The notes under the pieces: model-generated
Databases searched by the model: none
What the model was told of the DNA's origin: nothing
The model's input: only the letters and a program-made list of their open reading frames with translations
Assembly: GCF_009914755.1 (NCBI RefSeq)
Contig: NC_060930.1
Strand: one strand, 5' to 3'
DNA: 64,000 nucleotides
DNA from: the human T2T-CHM13v2.0 reference genome, Homo sapiens
Shown here: piece after piece, positions 13,040-24,799 of the stretch
How positions within the stretch are numbered: the first letter of the stretch is position 1
How the letters are laid out: every line of letters begins with the position of its first letter
Position numbers and translations under genes: made by a program

Positions 13040-13321
13040 TTTATTTTTTTGAGATTGGGCTTGCTGGCTGGAGTGCAGTGTTGTTCATGGCTCACTGCAG
13101 CCTGAATCTTCCAGGCTTAAGCAACCCTCCCACCTCAGACACCCAAGTAGCTGGGACTACAGGCATGTGCCACCAAGCCCGGCTAATTCTTTTGAATTTT
13201 TTGTAGAGACAGGGTTTCTCTATGTTGCCTAGGCTGGTCACAAACTCAGGGGCTCAAGCAATCTGCCAGCCTGAGCCTCCCAAAGTGCTGGAAGTACAGG
13301 CATGAGCCACCATGTCCATCC
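13040..13321 (-). mobile_element. Alu (AluJ-type)
   Basis: Diverged reverse Alu dimer. Confidence 0.9.
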
Positions 13322-13572
13322 TGAGTGTTCTATGAATTTTTAAAATCACAACCATAGAAGAATCTTCATGTACAAACATGCTTGTCAAAATATTCTTTAC
13401 CAAAAGACAAGATGAAAGCACATGGATCTAAAAGAACCCTGGTGACTTCTCCTTGTTTGAGATGGGATGCAGCTTCTAGAAGTGTGTAAATTTTATGCAG
13501 ACTTTATGACATGGAAAACTACTTTCATAATAATACATTCAAAAAGCAACTTCAAAATAACCCACAACCACT

Positions 13573-13849
<277 letters not shown>

Positions 13850-14173
13850 CTACAATGAAAGCATATATAAAAATATATACATAGAAAACAAAAGAATGGA
13901 AGTCAGCATCACTGCAGAAGATAGCTCCAGGGATGACCATTCACACTGCAGTCCAGGAAGTTTCAATAATATGATAGCAGTGGTTCTTTGGAGGGGAAGC
14001 CTGGGTGATATTTCTTTCTTCTCTGCATTTTTTTTTCTTTAAAATTCAACCAGGTGTTGATGTGTGCATTTTAAATTCTTCTGTAATCAAATACATTTTC
14101 ATATTTCTAATGTAGAAACATGTATTTTTAACATTCAAAATAAAACATTTGAAGTAAAATAACAATGAAAAGT

Positions 14174-14342
14174 GGCTGAACACTGTGGTGGGCACCTGTA
14201 GTCCCAGCTACTCAGGAGGCTGAGATAGGAGAATGGCTCGAGCTCACGAATTTGAGGCTATGGTCACACCTGTGAATAGTCACTGCTCTCCAGCCTGGAG
14301 AACATAGTGAGACCTCATATTTAAAATAATAATAATAAAAAG
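14174..14342 (+). mobile_element. Alu monomer (FRAM/FLAM-like)
   Basis: Single diverged Alu arm with an (AAT)n tail. Confidence 0.75.
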
Positions 14343-15349
14343 AAGTTCAGATCTCCTTCCAATCTCAACCTAAAACAAATTTCTCATTTGAAGTCCATAT
14401 GGCAGAAATGCCTACTGATGGCTCCTCCAGAGAGTAAAAAAAATATTGTTCCTCTACAATCCATGACTCATCCTTCTGTTACAGTGTTCACCTGGGCAAT
14501 GAAGTCAACACTGAGAATATCATCAATTTATGGAATACTGATTATCTCTTTTATAGATATATAAATTATAATTATGTATATATATATTATATTATAATAT
14601 ATATAATTACCATCACACCTGAGAGAGTGAGATGGATTCTTTTCTTCCACAGATGAAAATCTGAGTCCCTGAGAACCTAGGGTTTTGGTATGGGTTCACT
14701 GAAAATGTTGGCCTTGAGAATTAGGAAACAGCTTCCTGCAGGCCTGCCTGGATGTGAGCCACACCAATGGAGTCTCCACAACAGCAGGAAGAGCAACTGA
14801 GAACCCTGGAAGCTTCACACTTGTAATGTTCCATGTCCAGCGGCATTCAGTTGATGGATGGGCCAAGATAAGAATACAGCTCCTTCCTTCAATTGGGGGT
14901 GGCAGAGGGGTGAATCAGTCAGCTACACATAATGTGTGTGGTGTTTCTACAGATATCTTTAATTACTCTGCTGAGAACTCCACCTCAAATGTACAAAAAC
15001 TCTGTACTCACTGGTAAGCAGGATCCTTTTTAGGAAAGCAAAGGACTTTGCTGACTTAAGCAAAACATTTTCTCTCCAAATGAATTATCCTGATTGGATA
15101 ATCTCTTACTCCCACTGAAATTAGCCCCAGAGTTGCATTTGAGCATTTGGGTCAAAGACAGAAAGTCATTTTGAGGGTTGGGCCTGGCTGATCTTGGACA
15201 ATGTTCTGAAAGAGGGCTTTCTACTTGCAGAAGAACAAAGGTTTGCTCTGGGTAGGAGATGATGTCCTGAGAAGAAAAGACAGATAGGCAGATTCTCAAG
15301 CAAACTCAGGAGTTTACTATACAAAAGATTTTGGAATACCTTCCTCAGC

Positions 15350-17100
15350 CTCTTTTTCATTGTGGTAAAATACACATAAACACAAAGGATACCACCGTAA
15401 CCATTTAAAGTGCACAATGCAGTGACAATTTGTATGTTCACAATGTTATGTAACCATCATCACTCTCTAGTTCCAGAGTGTTTTTATCACCTCAGGGGGA
15501 ACTCTGCACCCATTAAGCAGTCACCCTCCATTTCCACCTGCCAGCAGACCCTGTCGCCACAAATCCACTTCTTTCTCTATCGACTTGCCTCTTATGAATA
15601 TTTCACAAAAATGGGCTCATAAGTTACGTAGCCTCCTGTGACTGGCTTCCTTCACTTGTCTTGTTTTCAAGATTCAGCAATGTTTTAGCATATGCCAGTG
15701 CTTTATTCATTTTATGACCAAATAATATTCTATTGTAGGAAAAAACTATATGTTGTTTCTCCATTCATTGGTCGATGGACATTTTCTTTTAAATCAAATA
15801 GGAAAAACAAGAGAGGAATTACAAATATATATATGTGTGTGTGTATATATATATGTCTTGTAGGGTTGAGACCATCTCAGTCAGCTTTTTTTAACCTGTG
15901 AATGTCGTGATTTCTCCATCATTTCTGAAGGAGAGTTTTGCAGACATACAATTCTTGGTTGATAGTCCTTTTACTTTCTCAGCTTTAAATTTGTCATCCC
16001 AACGCCTCCTGAACCCCATGGTTTCTGATGAAAATTTGTATGTTAATCTTATTGAGGATCCATTGTACCTGAAAAGTTCCTTCTCTGTTATTGCTTTCAA
16101 GATGGTCTGTTTGTCATTGGTGTAGACTGGTTGATTATAACGTCTCTCAGTGTGGACTTCTAAAATTCTTGCTGCTTAAAATGTATCAAGTTTGTTGGAT
16201 GAGTAAAATTATATTTTTCATCAAATTTAGGAGATTTGAAGTTATTATTCCTCCAAATAGCCATTCTTCTTTTTCTCTCTCCTTTCTTTGAGGATTCCCA
16301 AAATGCATATGCTTGGTGTTGTCTCACAGTTTTCTTAAGTTCTGTTCATTTTTCTTCATAATTTTTTTTTATTTCTGCACCTCAAACTGGATAATTTCAA
16401 TTGTCTTACCTTTAAGCTTGCCGATTCTTCATTCTGCATAGTGAAAGTTGCTTTTGTAAAAAAGTAAATAGTAAATTTACTCTAGTAAAATATAGTAAAA
16501 AATAGTAAAATTACTCTAGTAAATTTTTCATTTCAGTTATTGCACTTTTCAGCTCCAAAATTTCTATTTGGTTTCTTTTTAAACTTTCTATCTTTTTATT
16601 GATGTTCTCTATTTGAGTTAAGATAGTTCTTCTGATTTCCTTTAGTTTTTTGCCCATAGTTTCCTTTAGCTCTGTGAACATATTTAAGCAGTCAATTCAA
16701 AGTTGTTTGTCCAGTAAGTATGTTCAATGGCCTTTCTCAGGAACAGTTTCTGTCAATTCCTCTTTTTTCTTGAGAATGGGTCTTACTGTCTAGTTTAATT
16801 GCATACCTCATTTTTATTTTGAATACTAACATGTGGTGACTTTGAAAATCATGTTTTCTAAACTATTTTTGTATAGACTGTATTCTTTATTGTGTGTCAT
16901 CACTGAAGTCTCTATTCTGTAAGCTTAGTGGTCAACTCATGATTTGATAGATATTTCCTGAAACATCTTCAGCCAAAAAGAAATAAGAAAAGAAAATTCA
17001 ATCTTTTTATCTGGGCTCTCTGTGTGTTTTGGGGCATGCCCTCAACACTCTGCTGGGCAGTTTACAATACTGCTTTGGCCTTCATTTCCTACTTGTGCAG
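15350..17100 (-). mobile_element. Old L1 fragments including an ORF1 remnant
   Basis: Minus-strand ORF 15891-16100 (IRLTYKFSSETM...RRWDDKFK...AKLSFRNDGEI) is L1 ORF1-like. Confidence 0.75.
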
Positions 17101-17411
17101 ATATTGAAAGTTAGCAAGAGGTGTGAACACAGGGCATTCTCAGGTGCTTTGTGAGTCTGTGCGACATACTGGTCATGAAGGAGGCTATACAGATTCCCAG
17201 GGATATGGAAGCTTTTCAAAACCCATATTCCCATCTCACTCACCCAGTTTCTCCTCCAGGCTTTTCTGTATGTCTATTACCTTTCTCATGTAATATATTT
17301 TTGCCCCAAGGGGGCAGCTGCTGGTTCAGTGGCACTTAAATGGTTTTAGCAGATGCCCTCTGCCTCTGTGACCTAAGAGAGTTCTGAGTAGGGAAAATAA
17401 ATGCAAACCAT

Positions 17412-17727
17412 TTATTTTCTTTTTCTTTCTTTTTTTTCTTTTTTTAGACAAGGTCTTGCTCTGAAGCCCAAGCTGGAGTGCAGTTGCACGATCCTGGCTC
17501 ACTGTAGCCTCAACCTCCTGGGCTTAAGCAATCCTCCCACCTCAGCCTCTTGAGTAGCTGAGACTACAGGCACATGCCATAATGCCCAGTTAATTTTTGT
17601 ATTTTTTGTAGAAATGGAGTTTCACCATGTTGTCTAGGCTGGTCTCAAACTCCTGAACTCAAGAAATGCACCCAGCTGAGCTTCCCAAAGTGCTGTGATT
17701 ACAGGCATGAGTCACCATGCCCAGCCC
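17412..17727 (-). mobile_element. Alu (AluJ-type)
   Basis: Reverse Alu dimer. Confidence 0.93.
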
Positions 17728-17908
17728 AATGTAAGCCATTTCTTATCATCCTTCACGGAGTCACCCAACAGGAAAAGGTAGACAACCACAACACTTTGAG
17801 AACATGGTCCACTCGGCTCCCACTGGCATTGGAGCCCACACTAAGGAACCAGGCTGCTGTCTTCAAGATCACTACTGACTTGAACAGGGAGGAATGGGCC
17901 AAGGGTAA

Positions 17909-18398
<490 letters not shown>

Positions 18399-19171
18399 TA
18401 GTGATGTTTTACAAGCACATTGTCTCTGTGCAGAGGTGGCCCTTGGAGTTCCTATGCCACTATGTTCTCTGATGTCACTCCTCAGCCACCTTTGAATTGT
18501 GCTTATGCATCAGAATTCCTGATCTGCTAAGTACTTCCAGGAAACTCATTCAAATGGTAAACATCATTAAGCACCTACCTTATTCTGGGTACTGTGCTCT
18601 ATGGAGTTGAGCCTCAGATAAAAGAATCAAACTTCCTTGGACTTCATAGAAGTCAAAGGTGGGGGTGGGAAGATAAATAAAGAAATTATAGCACAGCATG
18701 TTATGTATTTTACATGACTTTTTTCTTTGAAAGCTACATTATTAATATTTTATGACAGTACTGAGTTACATATACCAAAGATTACAAATTAAAATTTATG
18801 CTTTCTTTCTCTCTTTTGTTCTTACATATTTCTCTGTTCTTGTAGATATTTTGAAATTGGGTATTATGGAGACAGTGCAACAGTTTCATTTATATGATAA
18901 TGTTTTGTTTTACCTTTATTCATCAAAGAGAGATTTGTCAGCTGCAAATTTCTAGTTTGACATTGGTTTTCTCTCAGATCTTTGATGATTATGTTGCTTC
19001 TGGCTGCTGTGGCTGACAGGGGATAGTCAGTTACATTTTAACCAGTTGCTTCTTAGAGGATCTGTGTTTCTCCTGTGGCAAATTTTAAGATATCTGTTTC
19101 TCTTTAACATCTTCTGTTCCAGTGCAGTATGAGTAAATGTGGATCTCTTTTTATTCACAGTGCTATGATAC

Positions 19172-19747
19172 TGTTAGGTATGAGTTCTAAATTTCTCTTA
19201 AAATAATTAACATGTCAGTATGTTCAATTCTTTGCCCTCTACTTTTAAACTTAACTTCCTCATAAAGCAACCTTTTTTGATCACCTGTTCCACCCTGACT
19301 CATCCTGATTACTTGCTCCAGCCTGACTCATTCTGGTTACCTGCTCCACCCTGACTCATTCCAGTCACCTGCTCCACCCTGACTCATTCTGATTACCTGC
19401 TCCACCCTGACTCATCCTGATTACTTGTCCCAGCCTGACTCATTCCAGTTACCTGCACCACCCTGACTCATTCTGATCACCTGTTTCACTCTCTTTAAAT
19501 TAGCCAATCTGAATTAGTTTAGCCTGTGCGGTCTAACCCTAGCCAATAGGGGAATAACACAGCAGCAGGGGCCACGTGCATCAGGGATAAGAACCCCTTC
19601 CCCTTCCTTGTCCAGGGGTGTGCTCACCATTGCTCCATCTGTGAGGGCACACCCTTGTATAGAAGTAATTGCCTTGCTGAGAAGAAAAAAAGAAAATTTT
19701 ATATTTGAGTGCTATTTCTTTGTGGCATCAAGACTTTATTTACAATA
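19172..19747 (+). mobile_element. Solo LTR10 (LTR10A/F-like, HERV-I group) with internal 28-bp VNTR
   Basis: Starts TGTTAGGTATGAGTTCTAAATTTCTC as in the recalled LTR10A/F; 4-bp TSD ATAC at 19168-71 and 19748-51. Confidence 0.85.
19279..19485 (+). repeat. 28-bp tandem repeat, about 7.4 copies, each with TGACTCA
   Basis: TGACTCA starts at 19296, 19324, 19352, 19380, 19408, 19436 and 19464. Confidence 0.97.
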
Positions 19748-19874
19748 ATACATTTCCTTAATATTTTAAGATAACCTCTTTCTGGAATGCCTCTTTCCAT
19801 TTACTCACTTCTCTTCTTCTAGGAATTTAATTAGAGAAGAATTAAATTAAACCTCATTCAACCACCATATACAC

Positions 19875-20070
19875 TGTGGAATCCAAAATAATGGCCTCAC
19901 ACATATGTCCAAGCCCTAAGACGCAGACCATTTAGATATGTTACTTTACACAGCAAAAGGGACTTTGCTGATATGATTAAGAGCATGGACCTTTAGATGT
20001 GGAGATTATTTTGTATTATTTGAGTGGCCCCAATCTGATTGCATGATTTCTTTAACCTGGAGATGACTGG
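19875..20070. mobile_element. MLT1 LTR fragment
   Basis: ATGTTACTTTACACAGCAAAAGGGACTTTGCTGATATGATTAAG is MLT1-like. Confidence 0.65.
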
Positions 20071-21031
20071 AGAAATATGGGTCAGATGGAGTGCTGAATT
20101 TCATCTAGAATAATTTCTTAATCTAGTAAAATAACATCATCTCTGTTTTTTATTCTTTAATTAAGTGGCAAAATGCATTAAAAGGTTTAAAGTTTAAATA
20201 TCCTTGCATTCTTGGGCTATATACCTTGGTCAAGACAGTCTGTTTATAACACATTGGTTAATACAGTCTACTAATATTTTTCTTAGAATTTTCACATCTA
20301 ATTAATTAAAAGTGATTTTCCTATAATAGGTAAATAGTAGAAGGGGGTAAGTCTCTTATTTTACAAATTATTCAAATAATACATGAAAAGAAATGGAAGA
20401 CTGAGACTACAACTCTTTGCCATCCGTAATGAATGAACAGATCTAGCCACTGAACAGCAATGACAATTTTCATCACCAAAGGGAAATAACCAGTATTAAA
20501 CTCTTCCCCTTGTTGAAAAACATGATATAGTACCACCAAAACTCACGGGGAAAAAAATCTGAATAGATGCAAACCTCTATACCAAACTACAAATTTCTAG
20601 AAAATGCAGGTAATAGAGATGCATATTAAACCATAGTTTGGGGTGCAATCCACAAAATACAAACAACAGGAAACTCTACCAGACAATATTAATTTCAAAG
20701 GGATAACCTATAGAACAAATAAGAACAAAAAACTTATTTTTAAAGGTAAAACTAAACTATCATTTGGGATGATGAAAATATAAAATAGAACAAAGAAGTG
20801 AGGACCACAAAAGTCAGGATGTGATGGATTTTTATTTGAAAAAATAAAAATTTACTATTGAACTGGGTCAATTGATGGGGCTTCTAGGTCAGCTGACAAA
20901 CTTCTCTCTCTTTCTGATGGTTAAAGAGTGTTTACTGTTGATTAAAGGTCACCATTTTAAGATTTTTTTTCTTTTATGTCACCTGTGTTTTATGACAAAA
21001 AGGCGAACGCAGAATAAAATGAGTTATGGGG

Positions 21032-21407
21032 CACGGTTCCTGTTCTGCACAAAGCCTCCTCCCCATCCTCCTCTCTGGACACTGAGCACCCAGAACAACC
21101 GGCAGCCCCAGGACCCCTGGCAGGGCTGTCTCATTACTGAGTGTGCATCCAGCTCCACGGTTCCTGTTCTGCACAAAGCCTCCTCCCCATCCTCCTCTCT
21201 GGACACTGAGCACCCAGAACAACCGGCAGCCCCAGGACCCCTGGCAGGGCTGTCTCATTACTGAGTGTGCATCCAGCTCCACGGTTCCTGTTCTGCACAA
21301 AGCCTCCTCCCCATCCTCCTCTCTGGACACTGAGCACCCAGAACAACCGGCAGCCCCAGGACCCCTGGCAAGGCTGTCTCATTACTGAGTGTGCATTCAG
21401 CTCCACG
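21032..21407 (+). repeat. 124-bp tandem repeat x3
   Basis: Units start at 21032, 21156 and 21280. Copies 1 and 2 look identical; copy 3 has about 2 substitutions. Confidence 0.97.
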
Positions 21408-21787
21408 TCGCTGGAGACAATGTCCACAGTTTATTTCTTGAGTCCTGGATGAACCTGACAGGACATAGCTGAGGGGAAGCCTGGCCCAGTCTGCAGGCTT
21501 TGGCCATCAGTGTAGAGGGAGGAGGTCCTCATCTCTCCACTGGAGCAGTTACAACCAGAGCCTCCTCTCTGCGTGGGAGTGAGGCTCGGTCCTTCCCCTG
21601 AACACGGTGACAGGGATCTCTCCACAGGTAGAGATGACACCATTCCTCCTGTAACATGGTCCAATCTCACGCTTGTTCTGCTTTACAAGAAAGTTGACCC
21701 ACGCTGGTGTCCCCTGAAGAAATCACAGGCACAGAGGAGGGACAGGTGGATTTCAGGGCTGTGCTTGATCTGGGAAAGGAAGAGTGC

Positions 21788-21807
21788 AGACCGCCAGGTG
21801 GCGCCGC
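21788..21807 (+). promoter_or_regulatory. CTCF motif
   Basis: AGACCGCCAGGTGGCGCCGC contains CCGCCAGGTGGCGC, matching the CTCF core consensus. Confidence 0.65.
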
Positions 21808-22599
21808 TGCACTGCTTCTGCGCCCAGGAGGTGCCTGCTGGGGCTGAGATTGAAGGTGGGGAGAAGGATGTCACAGCTCATCGCACAGGTTCCCGGTAAA
21901 AATCCTCCTGCCCAGCCTAGCGGGCTCTCCCTTAATCAACTGTAGCGAAAACTGTCTCCTTCTCACGTTCCTGGAAGGTGCTTTTTGACACAAGAAAGAG
22001 GATGTGATTGCTAGGGTCATCATGTCATTGTTTATTGTGTTGCCAGTAAAGTGAAATCAAAATACACAATAAATAATAAAATAACCCATGATAAGCCAAT
22101 GTTTATAATGTACTAACACCACTGAGCCAGTGTTTATAATGTACTGACACACTCCAAGTGTGGGCACAGCTGCAGACATGCCTTGTCTCTTGGGTCAGGA
22201 CACAGGGTAGAGTGAAATGGAAAGAAATCCCAGTCACTGCAGAAAAGGGCCCCCATGGAAGAGGCCTGGCAGGGAGGCCAGCTGTCCCAGGGCCGCCATA
22301 TTTAGGGATGACTCCCCCTTTCTGGGCAGCACTGGTTTTTTTAATTATTTTTGCATTCACAGTAGTTCTGAAATTGCAGGATGCTGAGACCCAGCACTGG
22401 TCAGTTACACCGTCTCTTCTTCACCATTAAATACTGTGCCAAACAGCACCTTCATACATTTCCATCCTCTTCCAGGAGAGAATCAAAACAACAATGGACA
22501 CATTGATGCATGCAAAAATACTTTAAATATGTGCTATCAGAAGTAGCTACTAAAACATTAATTCCACTGAAATGAGGGAGGCTGTAAAAAAGAAAAACA

Positions 22600-23070
22600 T
22601 TGCATACCCGTATTCACAGCAACATTACTCACCATAGCCAAGACAAGGAAGCAAACAAAGCACCCATCAACACATGAATAGATGAAGAACATGTGGTCTA
22701 TGTAGGCAATGGAATATGATTCAACCTTAAAAAGAAGGAAATTCTGTTACATGCTGCAACATGGATGAACCTGGAGAACAATGCTAAGTGTAATAAGCCA
22801 ATCACAAGGAAATTCCAATACTGCGCAATTCGTTATATGCGGCGTCTAAACTCTTAGAACCTGAAAGTAGAATGGCGGCTGCCAGTGGTTAGGCTGGGGG
22901 GATTCTTGAGGAGATTTTCAGCGTAGAGTTTCAGTTTTGCAAGATGAAAAGTTCTAGAGATCTGTTGCATAACAATGTGCTACAGTTCATATTATAGTAC
23001 TCTATACTTAAAAATTGTTACGATACCAAATTTTATATAATATGGATTTTGGCGCAATGAAAAAAATAAT
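22600..23070 (+). mobile_element. L1M 3' fragment
   Basis: Typical L1MB/MC 3' end text (ACATGGATGAACCTGGAGAAC...GATGAAAAGTTCTAGAGATCTG). Confidence 0.75.
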
Positions 23071-23721
23071 TAGCTCTGATACCAACTTAGGAAAAGAGCA
23101 CATGAATTTATTGAAAATATATTAGCATGTGCTTACTATGAAAAAGAGATGCAGAAAACTGTGAGACAAAAAGAGAGATCCTTGCTACCCCAGCTATTAT
23201 CCATGAACCAGCAGAACCAGCATCTCATGAAACTGGACAGAAAGGCTCACAGGCCCAGCCTTGACAGGTTGATCAGTCTGCATTTGTCAGGACCCCAGGT
23301 GGCTCCACTGCATGTAAAGCACCGCCCCAGATGGTGGTGGAGGGAGATCCTAGGAAGGTGACTCTGTCCCACAGGTAGAAGCCTCCAGTCCAGATGGGAG
23401 CAGCCAGAAGGGCCCAGGAGGGACATTTCCAAGAAAGTAAAATTAATAGAAAGTTCAAAGTCTCTAATTTCTTAACAGAGTCACAGAAATGGAACAGATA
23501 TCAAAGTTAAATTAATGAGAGTTATCTAGAACATAAACAAAAACAAAGGCAAGTATTAACTTGAGGAAGAACAAATACTACGAAGCAAGTGAAAAGTAGT
23601 CAAGTTGACATATGAGAAGATGAGTCACGGAAAAAGAAACAAGGAGTGGCTGAATTAAACATAATTACTATATAAATATACTGGGAAAAGGAAAGAACGG
23701 GAAGAGTGAAAGAGAACAAGT

Positions 23722-24281
23722 GATGGATGTGGTGACGTCGCGTTCTCCCGGGCGGGGCCGGAGGCGGTACAGATGAGGGACACATTCATGGCTAACAGGA
23801 CCGCTCTTCTCGTTCTGCGTTCTGCTTGCGGCCGGTAGTCTCTCCTCCCCGCCCATGGGCGGTGGTTGGAGGCAGGGGTGCGGAATCCGGCCGACCTCGC
23901 TGTCCTCGCCCTCTACCTTGTGGCGTCGGTGGGGTTGGGGAGATGAGTTCTCCGACGCAGCAGGCACCCCTGCTCATCTCCTATGGCTGTTGCCTTTTGG
24001 GCAGCCCCTCTTCGCGGCGGTGGGGCTGTCCCGCCGGCCTGTCACGTTGCCCTTCCCTGGGCTTGTGAGGATTGGCTCCGCTTGGACCTTTGCGGTGCTC
24101 CCGGAGCCCTCCAGGTTGTCCCTCCGGTGCCGGAGGCCAAGCGGTGGTGTCCTTCCTGTTCCCAGCGCCCCCTCCTCCTGTCGCTGCTGCAGTGCCTGTG
24201 TGTGGGTCCTGAGGGGTTTTGGGGAGGTAGAATATTTTTATTTATTTAAATAAATTAAAAAATAAGAAAAAAATACAAAAA
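23722..24281 (+). pseudogene. Retroposed fragment of the 47S/45S pre-rRNA 5' external transcribed spacer
   Basis: GC-rich island in AT-rich DNA, perfect 14-bp TSD GAAAGAGAACAAGT (23708-21, 24282-95), A-rich tail. Body is colinear with the recalled human 5'ETS (GATGTGGTGACGTCG, CCGACCTCGC, GTCCCGCCGGCC, GGTTGTCCCTC, GCGCCCCCTCCTCC, GTGGGTCCTGAGGG). Confidence 0.85.
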
Positions 24282-24799
24282 GAAAGAGAACAAGTAATCT
24301 TAACTATTGATTCCACCATCGTGCAGTGCAATAGTCAATGGCTGCAACTGAAAAATCAAGCAATGTTAACAAAGAAATGGTGCTTTGGTGCTTAGATATG
24401 TGAAAGTAAAGTCAAAAGAATCAGCTGAAACTTGAAAGTGGTTGCTCCCTAGAAAGGCAGAAACAGAGAAGAGAGGACTCTCCCTAGAAAGGCAGAGAAG
24501 ACTCGTTTTTCTCAGGAAGTCCTGCGCAAATATTTACTCTTTCAATTATGTGCAATTGTAACTTCGAATAAAATAAAAACAAAAGCTTCAGTTAACATGC
24601 AAGTTTATGCCTAATGACAACTTTGTTTAACAATGATAAAAGGCTAACCAAAATATAAAAACACTTAAACATAAAACAGCATGTATAAATGTGTATGTGA
24701 CATCAACCCTGAATACAAACTTGAAAGAATATGTCTATAAACAACTCTGGATAGATAGCCCATGAATGAATTCCCCACTCCAGCATCTTTACTGGTTGT

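Noticed and set aside
19279-21407. Regularly spaced repeats as a CRISPR-like array
   Set aside because: Units are head-to-tail with no unique spacers, the DNA is human, and there are no cas genes. The 28-mer is an LTR10 VNTR.
23668-24253. GC-rich ORF cluster as a processed protein-coding pseudogene
   Set aside because: No coherent protein in any frame; the nucleotide sequence is better explained by the rDNA 5'ETS.
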